Shown: piece after piece, positions 63,853 to 64,000 of the stretch
How the letters are laid out: the number at the start of each line of letters is the position of its first letter
Numbering within the stretch: the stretch's first letter is position 1
Virus record (IMG/VR): IMGVR_UViG_3300025939_000001
Location: 1,891 to 65,890 of that record
Source of the DNA: a virus
Taxonomy: Duplodnaviria; Caudoviricetes
DNA: 64,000 nt
Strand: one strand, 5' to 3'
Notes under the pieces: generated by a model
What the model was told of the DNA's origin: nothing
The model's input: the letters and a program-made list of their open reading frames with translations, nothing else
Database searches by the model: none
Made by a program: the position numbers and the translations under genes

Positions 63853-63901
63853 GCCTGATGTCCCCACTGGGTAGGTCCACGAGTAGCCGAGGAGGTCAGT
63901 A

Positions 63902-64000
63902 ATGCCTGTGTCAAATCGTCCTCTTCGGATGCTCGTGGACCCTCCACGGCGTCAGCCGATGCCGTTCGGCATTTTCACAGTCGTTGATCAGCGAAATGTC
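63902..64000 (+). CDS. Second capsid-associated protein (pentamer/minor capsid-like), 3'-truncated
   Basis: GAGGAGG RBS. Begins MPVSNRPLRMLVDPPRRQPMPFGIFTV. Confidence 0.5.
   Translation, partial: MPVSNRPLRMLVDPPRRQPMPFGIFTVVDQRNV

Larger units (their letters stand above)
2975..63872. repeat. Dispersed motif CCACTGGGT (core CCCASTGGG)
   Basis: At least 23 exact copies on + and at least 8 on -, counted by eye. Positions are listed in the findings. Confidence 0.85.

Noticed and set aside
62725-63867. 380-aa minus-strand ORF (likewise 59720-60655, 20786-21634, 25421-26227, 25999-26904)
   Set aside because: Antisense shadows of well-supported high-GC3 genes, with no recognisable motifs or RBS.
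2975-63872. CCACTGGGT copies as a CRISPR array or IS ends
   Set aside because: The copies are only 9-11 bp, kilobases apart and inside genes, with no transposase or target duplications.
1-64000. Temperate lifestyle or prophage
   Set aside because: No integrase, ParA/B or CI-like repressor and no host genes in the window. The missing part of the genome cannot be assessed.

Overview
Most of the genome of a lytic-looking siphovirus of Actinobacteria, opened inside the virion module. Host assignment rests on the high GC, a WhiB gene and an actinophage-type adaptor, portal and capsid layout that resembles circularly permuted mycobacteriophage cluster-B-like phages. The + strand at 1-16.2 kb carries a fibre, head-tail connectors, a frameshifting tail chaperone, tape measure, minor tail proteins and a five-gene glycosyl/methyltransferase cassette. 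The - strand at 16.2-40.2 kb carries WhiB, DUF932, an inverted lysis cassette, a nucleotide and sugar modification pathway, recombination genes, a SNF2 helicase, a RuvC-like resolvase and PolA. The + strand at 40.4-64 kb carries primase/helicase, an origin-like region, terminase, small early genes, two tRNAs, portal, two multi-domain head proteins and the capsid. No integrase or CRISPR array is seen. The main finds are: (1) an apparently complete cytosine hypermodification pathway (dCMP-type thymidylate synthase homologue, dCTPase-like enzyme, kinase-UDG fusion, T4 beta-glucosyltransferase homologue) with a GDP-mannose 3,5-epimerase-like enzyme and a UDP-arabinopyranose-mutase-like enzyme, predicting an unusual sugar on DNA; (2) a near-palindromic motif CCACTGGGT found about 30 times across the genome; (3) three tRNA-shaped elements with defective or missing anticodon arms, each directly upstream of an RBS; (4) an amber (CUA) tRNA; (5) head proteins carrying kinase plus ADP-ribosyltransferase domains and a 2H phosphoesterase. 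All assignments come from motifs read by eye, with no database searches.
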